Shown piece by piece: positions 19,101 through 28,514 of a stretch of 64,000 nt of DNA. Positions within the stretch are counted from its first letter, which is position 1, and every line of letters starts with the position of its first letter. This stretch comes from a virus (taxonomy: Duplodnaviria > Caudoviricetes). Below the pieces are notes generated by a model. That model was given only the letters and a program-made list of their open reading frames with translations, was not told the DNA's origin and searched no databases. Both the position numbers and the translations under genes were made by a program. The stretch covers positions 29,563 through 93,562 of the IMG/VR virus record IMGVR_UViG_2667527676_000002. One strand, given 5' to 3'.

Positions 19101-19847
19101 GCGGCAGTCGACTGTGACAGCCGGAATGTTGCTGAACTGCTCTGCGCTGAACTCGACATACAGCAGGGCCGTGTTCGGGTAGCGCAGCTTCGCGTCGATC
19201 ACCTCGGTGTAGCCGGCGATCAGCATGGTGTCGGCGATACGGTTGTTGTTCTGGTTCGGCGTCAGGCGCCGCACGCGCAACTGCCAGCCACTGGTGGCCG
19301 CCGGCAGGTCGATTCGGCGGGAGCGCTCGTAGCGGGTGGTGGTCTTGCCATCGACGGCCTCGCGCAGCACCTCCTGATAGGCGCCGCCGTCGGTGGCCAG
19401 ATCTACGGCGTATTCGATCCGGTACCCGCCGATGTTGCCGTTGGTGTCCTGCTGCTGGAGCGCCGGCCAGGCGAAGCGCAGACGCACTGCGGAAAGCTGG
19501 GTATTGCTCAGCGAGCGCACCCAAGGCGTATCGCTGCGCAACTCGACGTTGACACTGGTTTCGTTCTCAACGGCAGGGATGCCCGGGATGTAGTCCTGGT
19601 CCACCGCTCCCGCGCGCCACTCCCACTTAACGTTCGGGAAGTTCAGGTTACCGCTCGGGTCCATCAGCGGGGTGTTGTCGAGGTAGATATCGCGCTCGCT
19701 CGGAACGCCGGCGAACTCGCCCTCGCCCACGGCGAGCAGAATCTTGGCCATCGCGACCGAGCGCAGGCTGTCGGGTGCCTCGACCGGCTGTTTCGGTTTG
19801 CTACTGCCGCCCTTGCGGCCGGTCAGGTGCTGGTGAACTGCGCCCAT
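16185..19847 (-). CDS. Central tail tip / host specificity protein (lambda gpJ-like)
   Basis: 1220 aa, AWTDNPVW, FN3-like region, C-terminal ITNAKIG. Confidence 0.92.
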   Translation of the reverse strand: MGAVHQHLTGRKGGSSKPKQPVEAPDSLRSVAMAKILLAVGEGEFAGVPSERDIYLDNTPLMDPSGNLNFPNVKWEWRAGAVDQDYIPGIPAVENETSVNVELRSDTPWVRSLSNTQLSAVRLRFAWPALQQQDTNGNIGGYRIEYAVDLATDGGAYQEVLREAVDGKTTTRYERSRRIDLPAATSGWQLRVRRLTPNQNNNRIADTMLIAGYTEVIDAKLRYPNTALLYVEFSAEQFSNIPAVTVDCRGRKVQVPSNYDPETRAYLGIWDGTMKQAWTDNPVWHTYDIVTNDRFGVGKRIKAWMVDRWEMYRISQYCDQLVPDGKGGQEPRHTCNLNLQSRAGAWELLRDLTAIYRGMAYWAQGQLKIQADIPRATDVDFAYTRANVIDGRFSYGSASERTRYSRALVSYDNPANNYDTDVAVATDKRLQRRYGDNPVEVAAIGCTRESEAQRRGKWAILTNSQDRTVTFRTGMDGAIPLPGWVIPVADALLAGREIGGRISAVAGRVITLDRDTQAKAGDRLLLNLPSGKAEARTVQSVAGRAVTVTTAYSETPLPELVWTLDAADLAVPLYRVMKVSQPERGVFEITALQYEPGKFSAIDTGAKLESRPISVIPITTVPPPASVTVTSHYQFDQGLAVSTMTIAWPPVEGAVAYDVEWKKDSGNWIRLPRAGTTSVDVTGIYAGGYLARVRAVSAFDITSAWKSSILTQLSGKTGVPPALAFLRSTSGPWKIGLEWGFPASGAADTAYTEIQQSVTPGGSEQNATALGLFAYPTDTHTLTSLAAGARLAFRGRLIDRTGNVGPWSAWVDGISSTDASEYNQLITQEYVESALGEQFFADIDQMQVDISGLQDQIDNLTDVLAYDPTKTYAKNDIVRVGNRLYQAKQAVPLNASPPNATYWADIGQSIETANGLAQQVATNTADITELDGKVEAAASSLDVLQAAARREPATGEKADALKGWDTIARAATEVTVRANEDEAQAKRTSLLEARTGTAEGRIATVESVVASNNAVTVQRLDQLSSQVASNASAISTEQTVRANADSALGQRVDTVSARTDTNEANIQTTSQAVTSLDGNVKALYSVKLQAHTNGQKYAAGWQLGFDSGTSVTTMAFQADRFLWFNSSSGQTVAPVSIVGGQMFINNAMIQDGSITNAKIGNVIQSTALGANGEPLWKLDKGGAFTMNSATSGGFMRQTAEVIKVYDGNLVLRVQIGNLDV

Positions 19848-19865
19848 GCTTTCCTCCGGGCATGA

Positions 19866-19884
19866 AAAAGCCCGCCGAAGCGGG
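19866..19884 (-). terminator. Intrinsic terminator after KilA-N
   Basis: GCCCGC-TTCG-GCGGGC plus U-tract. Confidence 0.65.
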
Positions 19885-19905
19885 CATTGGTGGGCCAGGC
19901 AGAGC

Positions 19906-20406
19906 CTACGCGGCGCTATCCAAACCGAGCGTCATCTGCAACTGGTCACGCCAATATTCGACTTGTTGAATCAGTCCCGACTTCCTCTGCTTCCACCGAG
20001 CTAACTCACGACCATTGAGGCTGGCCAGTTCCCGAGCATCACGCAGTTCGCGGCACGCACGGTCGAACTGCCGCTTTTCGGTGAGTTCGCCCCGTAGGAG
20101 AGCATCGATGTGCAGGTCACACCAAACAGCAAAATCAACATCGAGCCAGCGAGCAAATGCCACAGCCAGCTTCGGATGCAGCCAGGTGCCACCGGCACGC
20201 CCCTTCGAAGTCTTAACTAAAAGGTGGGATTCCCCCACATTTAAATGGCGCGCCAGTGCGTCCGTGTATTTCACCGTATCCGGCAGGCGCAGCCATTCCA
20301 CCGGTTTTTTGCCGAAACGCTTGGCCACATCCGTGGCATTGATCCAACCATCGGAATTGAATCGAACAGCCTGGCCCTGGTAGTTGAAGGGAATAACGTT
20401 AGACAT
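19906..20406 (-). CDS. KilA-N domain DNA-binding protein (antirepressor-like moron)
   Basis: WINATDVAKRFGK, GTWLHPKLAVAFARWL. Confidence 0.85.
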   Translation of the reverse strand: MSNVIPFNYQGQAVRFNSDGWINATDVAKRFGKKPVEWLRLPDTVKYTDALARHLNVGESHLLVKTSKGRAGGTWLHPKLAVAFARWLDVDFAVWCDLHIDALLRGELTEKRQFDRACRELRDARELASLNGRELARWKQRKSGLIQQVEYWRDQLQMTLGLDSAA

Positions 20407-20520
20407 AGTGATGCTCCATCCGCCTGAAAAAGAGAAGTGCAGGCAGGGGCGTAGGCGGAGCTGGACCGACCCTTTTCGGTAGCGAGCCTAGCCTGCACGT
20501 GTACCCCAGTTGGGGGGGCG

Positions 20521-20669
20521 GGCACAAAAAAGCCCCGGCACGCCGTGCGGCGTCCGAGGCTTTGGGTTTTCTGTGGGCACAAAAAAAGCGCCTTTAGGCG
20601 CCTTAGGGAAGTCAGTTACTTTTGTTCCAACAATGCCTGAACCATACAGTTTTTGATTATCAAACGCAA
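20521..20669 (-). promoter_or_regulatory. Promoter plus two tandem terminators upstream of KilA-N
   Basis: TTGCGT-17-TATGGT (20669-20641); two hairpin/U-tracts each ending TTTTTTGTGCCC. Confidence 0.55.
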
Positions 20670-20729
20670 CTCATGCGGCTGTAAGAATCGGCAACGTATA
20701 TGTATCTTGCCCCCTTTCCACGCGGATGG

Positions 20730-21314
20730 CTACACCTTGTCCTCGGCGTAAATCGAAGCCGAGATAATCGCCCCGCCCCAACGGCGCTTCCCGTAGCAGA
20801 TCGGCACCGGGTTCCCGCTGGCGGTGGTGTTTCTGGCGCTGCCGAAGGCGTAGCTGGGCAAGTTCTCCGGCGCCGCGCTCTGCTTCAGGCCCTGGGCCTG
20901 GGGGCTGAGCATTTGGATGACGCCGCCTGCAACCATCCCTATCCCTGCAGGCAGCGCATACGGGGCTATGACGGGAAAAGCGTAGGAAGCAGCGATCAGC
21001 ACAGCCCCGACTATCGTCTGCACCAACCCGCCACGCTTCCGGCCACGCATGACCGGAGCAATGCGAATTTCCTCGGCGCCCCCGAACTGCAGCTCATCTT
21101 CGGAAATGTTCCGTTTCCCACGGAATACAACGAACTCCATGCCTCGCAGGTGGGCATTGGCGAGGAAGCGCTCGAGGCCTGGAATTTGCACGCACAAGGC
21201 CTTGATCGCTTCAGCAGTCGACCCGACGAGCATACGGTACTCCCGGCCGAACTGCCGGAGCGCGCCGTAGAGTTTTATGGTGGTCATCGGAGTGTGGTGC
21301 GCTGCGGTGGTCAT
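20730..21314 (-). CDS. Tail assembly protein I
   Basis: IKLYGAL.., GNPVPICYGKRRWGGAIISA. Confidence 0.88.
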   Translation of the reverse strand: MTTAAHHTPMTTIKLYGALRQFGREYRMLVGSTAEAIKALCVQIPGLERFLANAHLRGMEFVVFRGKRNISEDELQFGGAEEIRIAPVMRGRKRGGLVQTIVGAVLIAASYAFPVIAPYALPAGIGMVAGGVIQMLSPQAQGLKQSAAPENLPSYAFGSARNTTASGNPVPICYGKRRWGGAIISASIYAEDKV

Positions 21315-21379
21315 GCGTCTCTCCAGGTAATAAAAAACCGCCCGGAGGCGGTCTGAAGACGTTCAATACGGTTCAAGAG

Positions 21380-21961
21380 CTAGTTCTTGTACATCATGAC
21401 AAAACCATCGACACCCATTTCTACCCTAAGCATAGCAAGCTGAGCTTCAGCACTTTCTCTTTTCTTCCATGGCCCAACGAAGATCCTCAAGACTCCATCA
21501 CCACTTTTCTCGGTGAATACCGGGTAATGAAATTTCTCCAGATTACCCAGCAACCATTCCGACCTACCTGCGACTGAAACTCTGGCAACCCAGTATGGGG
21601 TAGATGTACTAGGGTCTGGGCCATCGGGCTTTATGGGCATAAACGCAATAACGCCTTTGGGTAGCTTACCTGGCTGACATGCACCTTCAACTACCCAACT
21701 ATCAATATCTCCAACCATAGCATCAAGGCCGCGCTCTTCGCGATCGACCACAATAAAGGGCTGAAAGCCGGTATATCCTCCGAAAGAGTTCTTGGCGTTT
21801 ACTTCGCCGCAATATAGCCCCTTCCGGACCTCACGCTCATTCTGAAATCTGGCTGATTGCGGATCCTTCAACTTTTCGGAGACCGCATTCCGAACTTCAC
21901 GTTCCTCACTGCAGCCTACAAGGGCGACAGCAAAGCAAGTCATGACGAATATCCCCTTCAT
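21380..21961 (-). CDS. Moron: lipoprotein with C-terminal SPOR-like domain
   Basis: LVGC lipobox, LKDPQSARF..CGEVNAKNSFGGYTG, RIFVGPWKKRESAE; AT-richer. Confidence 0.75.
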   Translation of the reverse strand: MKGIFVMTCFAVALVGCSEEREVRNAVSEKLKDPQSARFQNEREVRKGLYCGEVNAKNSFGGYTGFQPFIVVDREERGLDAMVGDIDSWVVEGACQPGKLPKGVIAFMPIKPDGPDPSTSTPYWVARVSVAGRSEWLLGNLEKFHYPVFTEKSGDGVLRIFVGPWKKRESAEAQLAMLRVEMGVDGFVMMYKN

Positions 21962-22032
21962 ACCCCCTCCATAGTTGTTGATGGGACTCTACCATCACCG
22001 CTCCGGCGCCAGAACCCAGCAGACTGTTGACC

Positions 22033-22797
22033 TCAGGTAGTCAAGGGGCGCACCCGGTGCCGCAGCACCAGTCGCATCCGATCGAGCCACGGCCCGCCGA
22101 ACACGATGATCTCTGAGGGCTTCCCATACAGGTGGTGCAGCAGGAAAGGCCCGGCGCCGAAGTGCTGCACATCCTCGCCAGGTAGTGATGGGTCGTCCGC
22201 CAGGTATATCCCGGCATGGTTCGGGTGCGCAGTACGCCCCACCGCCATCACGATCATGTCGCCACGCTGCGGCCGGTCCACCCGGATGAAACCGGCCCCC
22301 TCGAACCGCTGCTCGTAGAGGCTCGGACCGTCTGCCCGCTCCCACCAGCCGTCGGCACGCTCGAAGTGCGGGAACTCGATGCCCCACGCCCTCTGGTACC
22401 AGTCCGAGCAGACCTGCCAGCAGTCCTGCACCCCATGCACGAAGGCGCGCCCAAGCAGCGGCACCTGGTCGACAGGCTCGATGGTGCGCAGGTCGCCTTC
22501 CGGCCAGCTCAGGATGTGCCAAGTCAGGCCCGAGGCGTTGCACATCGCGACGTCAGCGGCACTCGGTCGGCTGGTGGCATCGGGGTGGCTATGCACCACG
22601 GCGACGATCTCGCCCTGGTCCTCTGCCTCTGCATACGCCGCCGGTGCTATGCGGAACTCTTCGCTGGCGTCGGCAGCAGTGTTTTCGCAGGGAACGTACC
22701 GCTGGCTCCGGCCGGAACGGATGATCAAGCCGCAGCACTCGCGCGGGTACTCTGCCGCGGCGTGCTTCTGCACGGCAGACAGGATGTGCTTGAGCAT
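22033..22797 (-). CDS. Tail assembly protein K (JAB + NlpC/P60)
   Basis: YPRECCG, HSHP, DCWQ, NHAGIY. Confidence 0.9.
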   Translation of the reverse strand: MLKHILSAVQKHAAAEYPRECCGLIIRSGRSQRYVPCENTAADASEEFRIAPAAYAEAEDQGEIVAVVHSHPDATSRPSAADVAMCNASGLTWHILSWPEGDLRTIEPVDQVPLLGRAFVHGVQDCWQVCSDWYQRAWGIEFPHFERADGWWERADGPSLYEQRFEGAGFIRVDRPQRGDMIVMAVGRTAHPNHAGIYLADDPSLPGEDVQHFGAGPFLLHHLYGKPSEIIVFGGPWLDRMRLVLRHRVRPLTT

Positions 22798-22799
22798 GG

Positions 22800-23549
22800 T
22801 CAGCTCCTGGCGATGATCGAGACGGCAGGGAAGCCGCCGAAGGGCAGTTGGTTCCCTTCACCGAAGCGCGGGATGCAACCGGTGCCCAGGCAGCCATCAC
22901 ACTCGTCCCGGGCTGGATCATCGGTGGGGTTGCCGTCGATGTCGAAGTACGGGCCGGTGTAGCCGCAGTCGGGCCCGCGATACCCGCCCGTCATCGCCCA
23001 GTGGCAAAGGGTGGTCATCTGCCGGCCGACCTGCTCGCCGCCAACGTCGCCTGGCGAGGCCAGTTCCCAAGCCACATACTGGCCGTCCTCGTTGGTTTTC
23101 TGGTCCAAGTACCAGATTTCGACGATCTCCTGGGAGGGATCAGCGTCGGGATTGCCGCCAGGGAAGTTCGCCGCGTCCAGATATTTCGCCAGCGTCGTCC
23201 GGATGGTGAGGCGGAACTGGAGCAGGTCCTCGAACGCCAGGCAGAGCGCCGTAATCCGGCCATTGACGTTGCCGGCGGTGAAGCTCGGCCGCGCCGCAGT
23301 ACCATCGCTGTTGGCCTCGATGCCCTCGATCTGCACCGGCCAGGCCGCGTATTCGCGGCCCTGCCACCAGATCGATTTCGCCGGCAACTGGTCGGCGTTG
23401 GCGCCGGCGGCGGCCAGTTCCTGCGGACTGTGCGGGATAGCGTGACCGTGGAACCGGACCACGTCGGCGCCGAAGTCGCTGCCGTCAAGCTCGAACAACA
23501 CGACCTCGCCGCCCGGCTCCAGCTTCTGGATATCGGTGATCAGTGTCAT
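22800..23549 (-). CDS. Minor tail protein L
   Basis: YRGPDCGY, C-terminal cysteines, FGGFP. Confidence 0.9.
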   Translation of the reverse strand: MTLITDIQKLEPGGEVVLFELDGSDFGADVVRFHGHAIPHSPQELAAAGANADQLPAKSIWWQGREYAAWPVQIEGIEANSDGTAARPSFTAGNVNGRITALCLAFEDLLQFRLTIRTTLAKYLDAANFPGGNPDADPSQEIVEIWYLDQKTNEDGQYVAWELASPGDVGGEQVGRQMTTLCHWAMTGGYRGPDCGYTGPYFDIDGNPTDDPARDECDGCLGTGCIPRFGEGNQLPFGGFPAVSIIARS

Positions 23550-23884
23550 GGATGGAATGCCTGTTCAAAGGTCGCGGTCAGCCGGTAGACCCGGCCACCG
23601 AGGTTGACGGGCCGGTAGCCCGCACAGGTGTAGAAGCCCAGGTCGCCCAGGGGCGGCGTCCAGAGAAATGCACGCGCTCCGGTGTGGCGGTCCAGGAAGT
23701 CCATCACGGCCTTGATCGTCGCCGCCGGCCCGGTGATGGACACCGGCCAGCTCTGGGACTTGCTGTTCAGACCTTCGCTCACCAACTGCTTGTAGCCGTC
23801 ACCGAATTGCGAGGACCTGGTGGCGAAGGTTATGTCGCCCTCGCCACCGCTCTCGGTGGACCAAGTGAAGGTTTCGATTGCCAT
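23546..23884 (-). CDS. Minor tail protein M
   Basis: FGDGYKQ, FLWTPP. Confidence 0.88.
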   Translation of the reverse strand: MAIETFTWSTESGGEGDITFATRSSQFGDGYKQLVSEGLNSKSQSWPVSITGPAATIKAVMDFLDRHTGARAFLWTPPLGDLGFYTCAGYRPVNLGGRVYRLTATFEQAFHP

Positions 23885-23889
23885 GTGCT

Positions 23890-26800
23890 CTACCCGTTGA
23901 TGGCCCGGCCGATCGCACCGTCACGCCGCAGATCACGCGCCAGGAGTTGTCGGTATTTCTGCTCGACGAACGTCCCGATGTCGCGACCGAACTGGTCCAG
24001 GCCAGGCTGGCTGCTGGAGACGTTGGCCGAACCATCCGAGGCAATGTTCACCTCGACGTTGATCTGCGAACCGCCGCCGCCCATAGCGCGCACACCGAGG
24101 GCGCCGGACGAGGTTCTGGTCAGCGGCATCACTGCCTCAGGCCCCGCTTCGCCCATCACACCCAGGCGGCCGCCGCTCATGCCGAACGCGGTTGGCGTGC
24201 TGACCACGCTGTTGGTGAATGCCCCGCCAGCGGCGAACATCTGCACGCCGCCGGCGAACGCACCACCGTTGGCGAACAGCCCGCTGTTGCTCACAAGGTT
24301 GTCGACACCAGACTGCGCGGCAGCGTTTCCACCGCCGAAGAAGCCGCCGAAGAGGGACGAGAGGGCCTGCGAGGCAGCGGCGCGCGTTGCAATCCGCGCC
24401 ATGTCGGCCAGGATGCTCTTGGCGAAGTCGGAGAACGACAGCTTGCCGGTCGTGGCGAAGGTCGCGACCGCATCTTCCATGCCGCGGAAGGCGTTGGTGA
24501 ACAGGTCATGTGTCTGTCCGGCGACATTCCTGGCGCTTTCGAGATAGTCGTTCCAGGCTCCGCTCGCTCCGTTGCTCCAGTCTGACTGGGCAGCGGTCAT
24601 CTGGTCGTAGTTGCTGACCACGGTGTCTCGCAGGTCCTGATGCGCCTTCCTGAGCGTAGCCAGACGTTTCTCGTACTCCTCGTCCGACATCTGCCGGCTG
24701 GGATCGGAGCGCTGGTTCTCCAGGTCCATCAGTTGCTGGTTGTAGCGGTCGTCGAGACTGTTCAACTGCTCGAAGCGGGACCGCTCTCGTCCGCCCATGC
24801 TGACACCGGCCGCAGCGCGCTCGCCCTCCAGGCGCAACGCATCGACCTGGGCCTGCAGAGCCTGCGTATAGCGCTGCACCGACTGCTCCTGTCGCCGAAG
24901 CCTCCCCTGCTCGCTGAGTTCGATTTGGTTGAGCTGTGAATCGGCGTCCTGCTGCGCCTTGACCAGCGCCGACCTGGCGTCGGCGATCTTCTGGTCGAGT
25001 TGGATTCGCTGGGCTGCCGAGGTTCCTTGCTTCGCCCTGGCAGCCTCCAGCGCTGCGATTTCACGCTCGTAGGCATGGGTGACCTCATCCCGCTCCTGCT
25101 GGATGATCGAGATGCGCTGCTGCGCGTAACTTTCCGCGCTGATCACGCCTGCGCGTTGGGATGCCTCCAATTCCTTTTGCGCGTTACGGTAGGTCGCGGT
25201 GATCTCGGCCAAGCTGTTCTTCGCGGCGTTGGCCGCGCGTAGGTCCACCGAACCGGCGGAGCCCTTCTGGTCCTTGTACTTGGCGTTGATGTTGGCGATC
25301 TCGCGATCGATGGTCGCCTGCTGCAGGCGGTCATCGTTCGGGTTCACCTCGCGGATCGCCTGTAGATCCTTCTTGTACTGCTCCAACTCCTTGGCGCGCT
25401 TCTGCTGGTTGGTCAGCGCCGCCCTGGAACGAGCGTCGATCCGGTCAATAGCATTCTGGGCGGCCTGTTCAGCCCGAGCGCGCTCGCCGGCGGTTCTGGC
25501 ATCGTCCTCCATCGCCTTCTTCCGCTCGCTGAGCATGTCGAGCTCTTCGCGCAGGCGGTTCCGGCTCTCGTCGCGGTTGCCGACCAGGCCGAAACCACCT
25601 TGATCGAGCTGGGCAAGGCGCCGCTCCACGTCGGCGATCTGGGAGTCGATGTCCTGGCGACCAATGCTCTTGGCATCATCCCATGCGCGCTTCGCAGCAC
25701 GTGCGACTCCATCCCAAGCACGCTCAATCCAACCCAGGTTCTCCAGAATCTTCGGGGTCCGCTGGTTGATTGCGTCAGCGTAGGCCTCAGTCGCCAGCTT
25801 CACCGCGCCGGTGTGATCCCCCTGCTCCTCCAGCGCCTTGATCTGCGAGTAGACGGATGCGGTGAGGTAGTTGTACTGCTCGTTCAGGGCCTTCGAGGCC
25901 TTCACAGGGTCCTCTCCCAGCCTCACGAACTCGGCGACGGTATCCCCCACCGCGCGGCCAGTTGCCTCTTCCATCGACAGCGCGGCCTGGGTGATGGCAA
26001 CGAAGCTTTCGCTGGCCAGGTCTCCCTTGCCCGCCAGGGTGGCCAGCACTTCGGCAGCAGCTCCGGTCGTGCCAACCGTATTGCTGACTTGGCGCGCCAT
26101 TTCGCCCAGTTCAGAGGCGCTGGTACCAGCGTAGTTGCCGGTCATGATCAGCGCCTTGTTGTATTCGCCCTGTTCCTTGCTGCCCAAGTACGCCGCCGCA
26201 GTCACACCACCGATCGCCGCTGCCAGCAGCCCAATCGGGGCCAGGACGCCGATAACACCGCGAGCGGCGCCGCCGGCGTTCACACCGATCTCGGCGATGT
26301 TGTGGGCGGCGACCCGCCAGTTACCGGTGGAGAGGGCGTTACCCAACTGCAACACATTCTCGCGCGCTTCCTTGCTGGTCAGCCCGAGCTTGTTGATCGC
26401 GCCGCCGGTCCCTTCGATGTCCCGCCGCTTCGCCGCGATCTTCTCCAGGCCGGCGGCCAATCCGGCGTCATCCAGCCCGCCGGCGGCGCGCAGCCCACGC
26501 AACGCGGCTTCCTGCTTCTCAAGCCTGGCCAACGCGGCGGTCACCGGATCGATGCTGTTGACCGTGCGTTGCATCGCTTCGATCTGACGGTTCTGCGCCG
26601 CGACCAGGCGCTGCTTCTCGGCGGCCTCCTTGGTTTCCGCCTTCTGCAACCGGTCATAGGCCGCACCCAGGCGATCCTGATACTGCGCCTCGTCCTGCAG
26701 CGTGGTCAGGCCGGCCTTGCGCGCCCGCTCGAGCAAGCTCTCGGCGCGAATCAGATCGTCGATGTTGGCGACGTTGCCGGAGAGCGCCCGTTCCAACTGG

Positions 26801-27081
26801 CTGATGATGGATATCTCGCCAGCGGCACTGTCGTATACCTTCCGGCTGGCAGCAGCCTGGCGTTCACGCGCACCGGCCGCCTTGTCGACACTGCGCGCAG
26901 CATCCTCCTCCGCGCGCGACACTCCCTTGGTGGCCTGCTCGAGGCCCTTGCTGGCGTCGGACAGGTTGTCGATCGCCTGTTCGGCCTGATCGGCGGAGTC
27001 GACCAGCTTGTCGAGGTCCTCGGCCGCCTTGGCAGCCGGGCTCGAATCGACCTTGATGCCCAGTTCGGCGAAATTGCTCAT
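23890..27081 (-). CDS. Tape measure protein
   Basis: 1063 aa helical, Ala-rich, MGEAGPEAVMPL. Confidence 0.93.
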   Translation of the reverse strand: MSNFAELGIKVDSSPAAKAAEDLDKLVDSADQAEQAIDNLSDASKGLEQATKGVSRAEEDAARSVDKAAGARERQAAASRKVYDSAAGEISIISQLERALSGNVANIDDLIRAESLLERARKAGLTTLQDEAQYQDRLGAAYDRLQKAETKEAAEKQRLVAAQNRQIEAMQRTVNSIDPVTAALARLEKQEAALRGLRAAGGLDDAGLAAGLEKIAAKRRDIEGTGGAINKLGLTSKEARENVLQLGNALSTGNWRVAAHNIAEIGVNAGGAARGVIGVLAPIGLLAAAIGGVTAAAYLGSKEQGEYNKALIMTGNYAGTSASELGEMARQVSNTVGTTGAAAEVLATLAGKGDLASESFVAITQAALSMEEATGRAVGDTVAEFVRLGEDPVKASKALNEQYNYLTASVYSQIKALEEQGDHTGAVKLATEAYADAINQRTPKILENLGWIERAWDGVARAAKRAWDDAKSIGRQDIDSQIADVERRLAQLDQGGFGLVGNRDESRNRLREELDMLSERKKAMEDDARTAGERARAEQAAQNAIDRIDARSRAALTNQQKRAKELEQYKKDLQAIREVNPNDDRLQQATIDREIANINAKYKDQKGSAGSVDLRAANAAKNSLAEITATYRNAQKELEASQRAGVISAESYAQQRISIIQQERDEVTHAYEREIAALEAARAKQGTSAAQRIQLDQKIADARSALVKAQQDADSQLNQIELSEQGRLRRQEQSVQRYTQALQAQVDALRLEGERAAAGVSMGGRERSRFEQLNSLDDRYNQQLMDLENQRSDPSRQMSDEEYEKRLATLRKAHQDLRDTVVSNYDQMTAAQSDWSNGASGAWNDYLESARNVAGQTHDLFTNAFRGMEDAVATFATTGKLSFSDFAKSILADMARIATRAAASQALSSLFGGFFGGGNAAAQSGVDNLVSNSGLFANGGAFAGGVQMFAAGGAFTNSVVSTPTAFGMSGGRLGVMGEAGPEAVMPLTRTSSGALGVRAMGGGGSQINVEVNIASDGSANVSSSQPGLDQFGRDIGTFVEQKYRQLLARDLRRDGAIGRAING

Positions 27082-27413
27082 CCCGACTCCCTCTGCTCGC
27101 GGAAGGTCCGCAGAGCGGCGTCTTCCATTACCCGGATATCCGCGAACACCGCGGCTTGCTCACCAGCGGCTACGCCGCACATCTGCATCACCACCGGCAA
27201 AGCGGTGTAGTCCAGGCCTGTTGCGCCACACATGCCGGCCCGCCACTGGGTACTCATCGCCTCGAAGACGATGAAGGCCGTCCAGTTGCAGGGCCAGAGT
27301 TCCATCTGCTCGTCGCTTTCGTCGAAGTCATCCGGCGACAATCCGAACTGCGCCAGCTCCTGGGCGCTGGCTGCAGGCCGATAGAGTTCTTGTGCGGCGC
27401 GCTTCAGTTTCCC
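27078..27413 (-). CDS. gpT-like -1 frameshift extension of the tail chaperone
   Basis: TQWRAGMCGATGLDY, IRVMEDAAL; entered via the slippery site G GGA AAC (27413-27407). Confidence 0.75.
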   Translation of the reverse strand, partial: GKLKRAAQELYRPAASAQELAQFGLSPDDFDESDEQMELWPCNWTAFIVFEAMSTQWRAGMCGATGLDYTALPVVMQMCGVAAGEQAAVFADIRVMEDAALRTFREQRESG

Positions 27414-27784
27414 AAGCGCCCTCTGCTGTAGGCGCTCTGGTAGGCCTCGAGGATGGCCTCGGGCACGCTGACCAAGGAGGACACCAGCAGCCGGACGTTG
27501 GCCTCGGTGAACGCCTCGTCGAACCCCCACCCGGCCACAACGGCTTGTACCTGCTCGACCTGGAGGTCGATCTGAGCCGTGGTGAACGCTTCCAGAGACT
27601 GCTCGCGAGTCTCCTCGACCAGGCGTTTGAACCGCTCCCCCCAATTGCTGTAGAGGTCGGCCAGCGCTTCACGATCCAGGTACTTGAAGGTGAATGGCAC
27701 CTTGATGGACTCCCCGCCGAGGCGGGGAATCTCCACACTGGATTCGAAGGTGGGCGCCTGCGCGATGCTGAACTTCTTCGCCAT
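27404..27784 (-). CDS. Tail assembly chaperone (gpG-like)
   Basis: Between major tail and TMP, ends RLGN at the slippery site. Confidence 0.85.
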   Translation of the reverse strand: MAKKFSIAQAPTFESSVEIPRLGGESIKVPFTFKYLDREALADLYSNWGERFKRLVEETREQSLEAFTTAQIDLQVEQVQAVVAGWGFDEAFTEANVRLLVSSLVSVPEAILEAYQSAYSRGRLGN

Positions 27785-27793
27785 GACAGTTCC

Positions 27794-28447
27794 TTAGGGG
27801 GCCGGGTTGTAGCGAACCGGGCGGCCATCGAGAGCGATGGTCAGGGTCCGGGTCATGATTTCGTTGACGTTCAGGGTCGGGGTATCGCTGACCGAGACGT
27901 AGCCGTTGTAGAAAACCTCCGATCCGTTGCGCAGCGTCAGGCGGATCACCTGCAGCGCCTTACTCTGGTCCGCCGCCTCAATCACCGCCCACTGCGGCAA
28001 GTTGGGGTCGTCGGCGATCGGCATCGAGAACGACTGAGCGTTGCGGAAGGTAGGCAACTGGCGCTGGTCATCGTCCTCGAGGTACTGGTACTGGACGAAC
28101 TGCTGTTCGCCGCCGGAGGTGGTCGGGTTCATCACCTGCTGGATCTGCTGCCAGGTGAGGACCTTCTTCGCCGAGCCGATACCGCCGCCGGCCGGGTAGC
28201 GGATCACATCGGTGGTATCGATATTGCCCAGGGAGAAGGTGTCCTCGGTGGAAACTGCGACCTTGACGGCTCGGCCGTTCAGGCCAGTCCAGCCGGACAC
28301 CAGCGACACGACGTCACCGACCAACAGGCCGTGAGCATCTGCGGTAGCAACCGCTGGCTTGGCGTTGGAGACAGCGGTAATCGGAATAGCCGTGCCGTAG
28401 GTGGCAGCAATGGCCAGCAGCGCGCCGTTGGGGAGGCTTGCGGACAT
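27794..28447 (-). CDS. Major tail tube protein
   Basis: SGGEQQFVQYQYLED; position. Confidence 0.85.
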   Translation of the reverse strand: MSASLPNGALLAIAATYGTAIPITAVSNAKPAVATADAHGLLVGDVVSLVSGWTGLNGRAVKVAVSTEDTFSLGNIDTTDVIRYPAGGGIGSAKKVLTWQQIQQVMNPTTSGGEQQFVQYQYLEDDDQRQLPTFRNAQSFSMPIADDPNLPQWAVIEAADQSKALQVIRLTLRNGSEVFYNGYVSVSDTPTLNVNEIMTRTLTIALDGRPVRYNPAP

Positions 28448-28514
28448 GGAGTTTTCCTCGTGTGGAAATGAAAAAACCCGCTCATGGCGGGTGCTGGTGT
28501 GCCCATGCGGGCGA

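Noticed and set aside
25600-27210. 536-aa antisense ORF over the tape measure gene
   Set aside because: Antisense shadow
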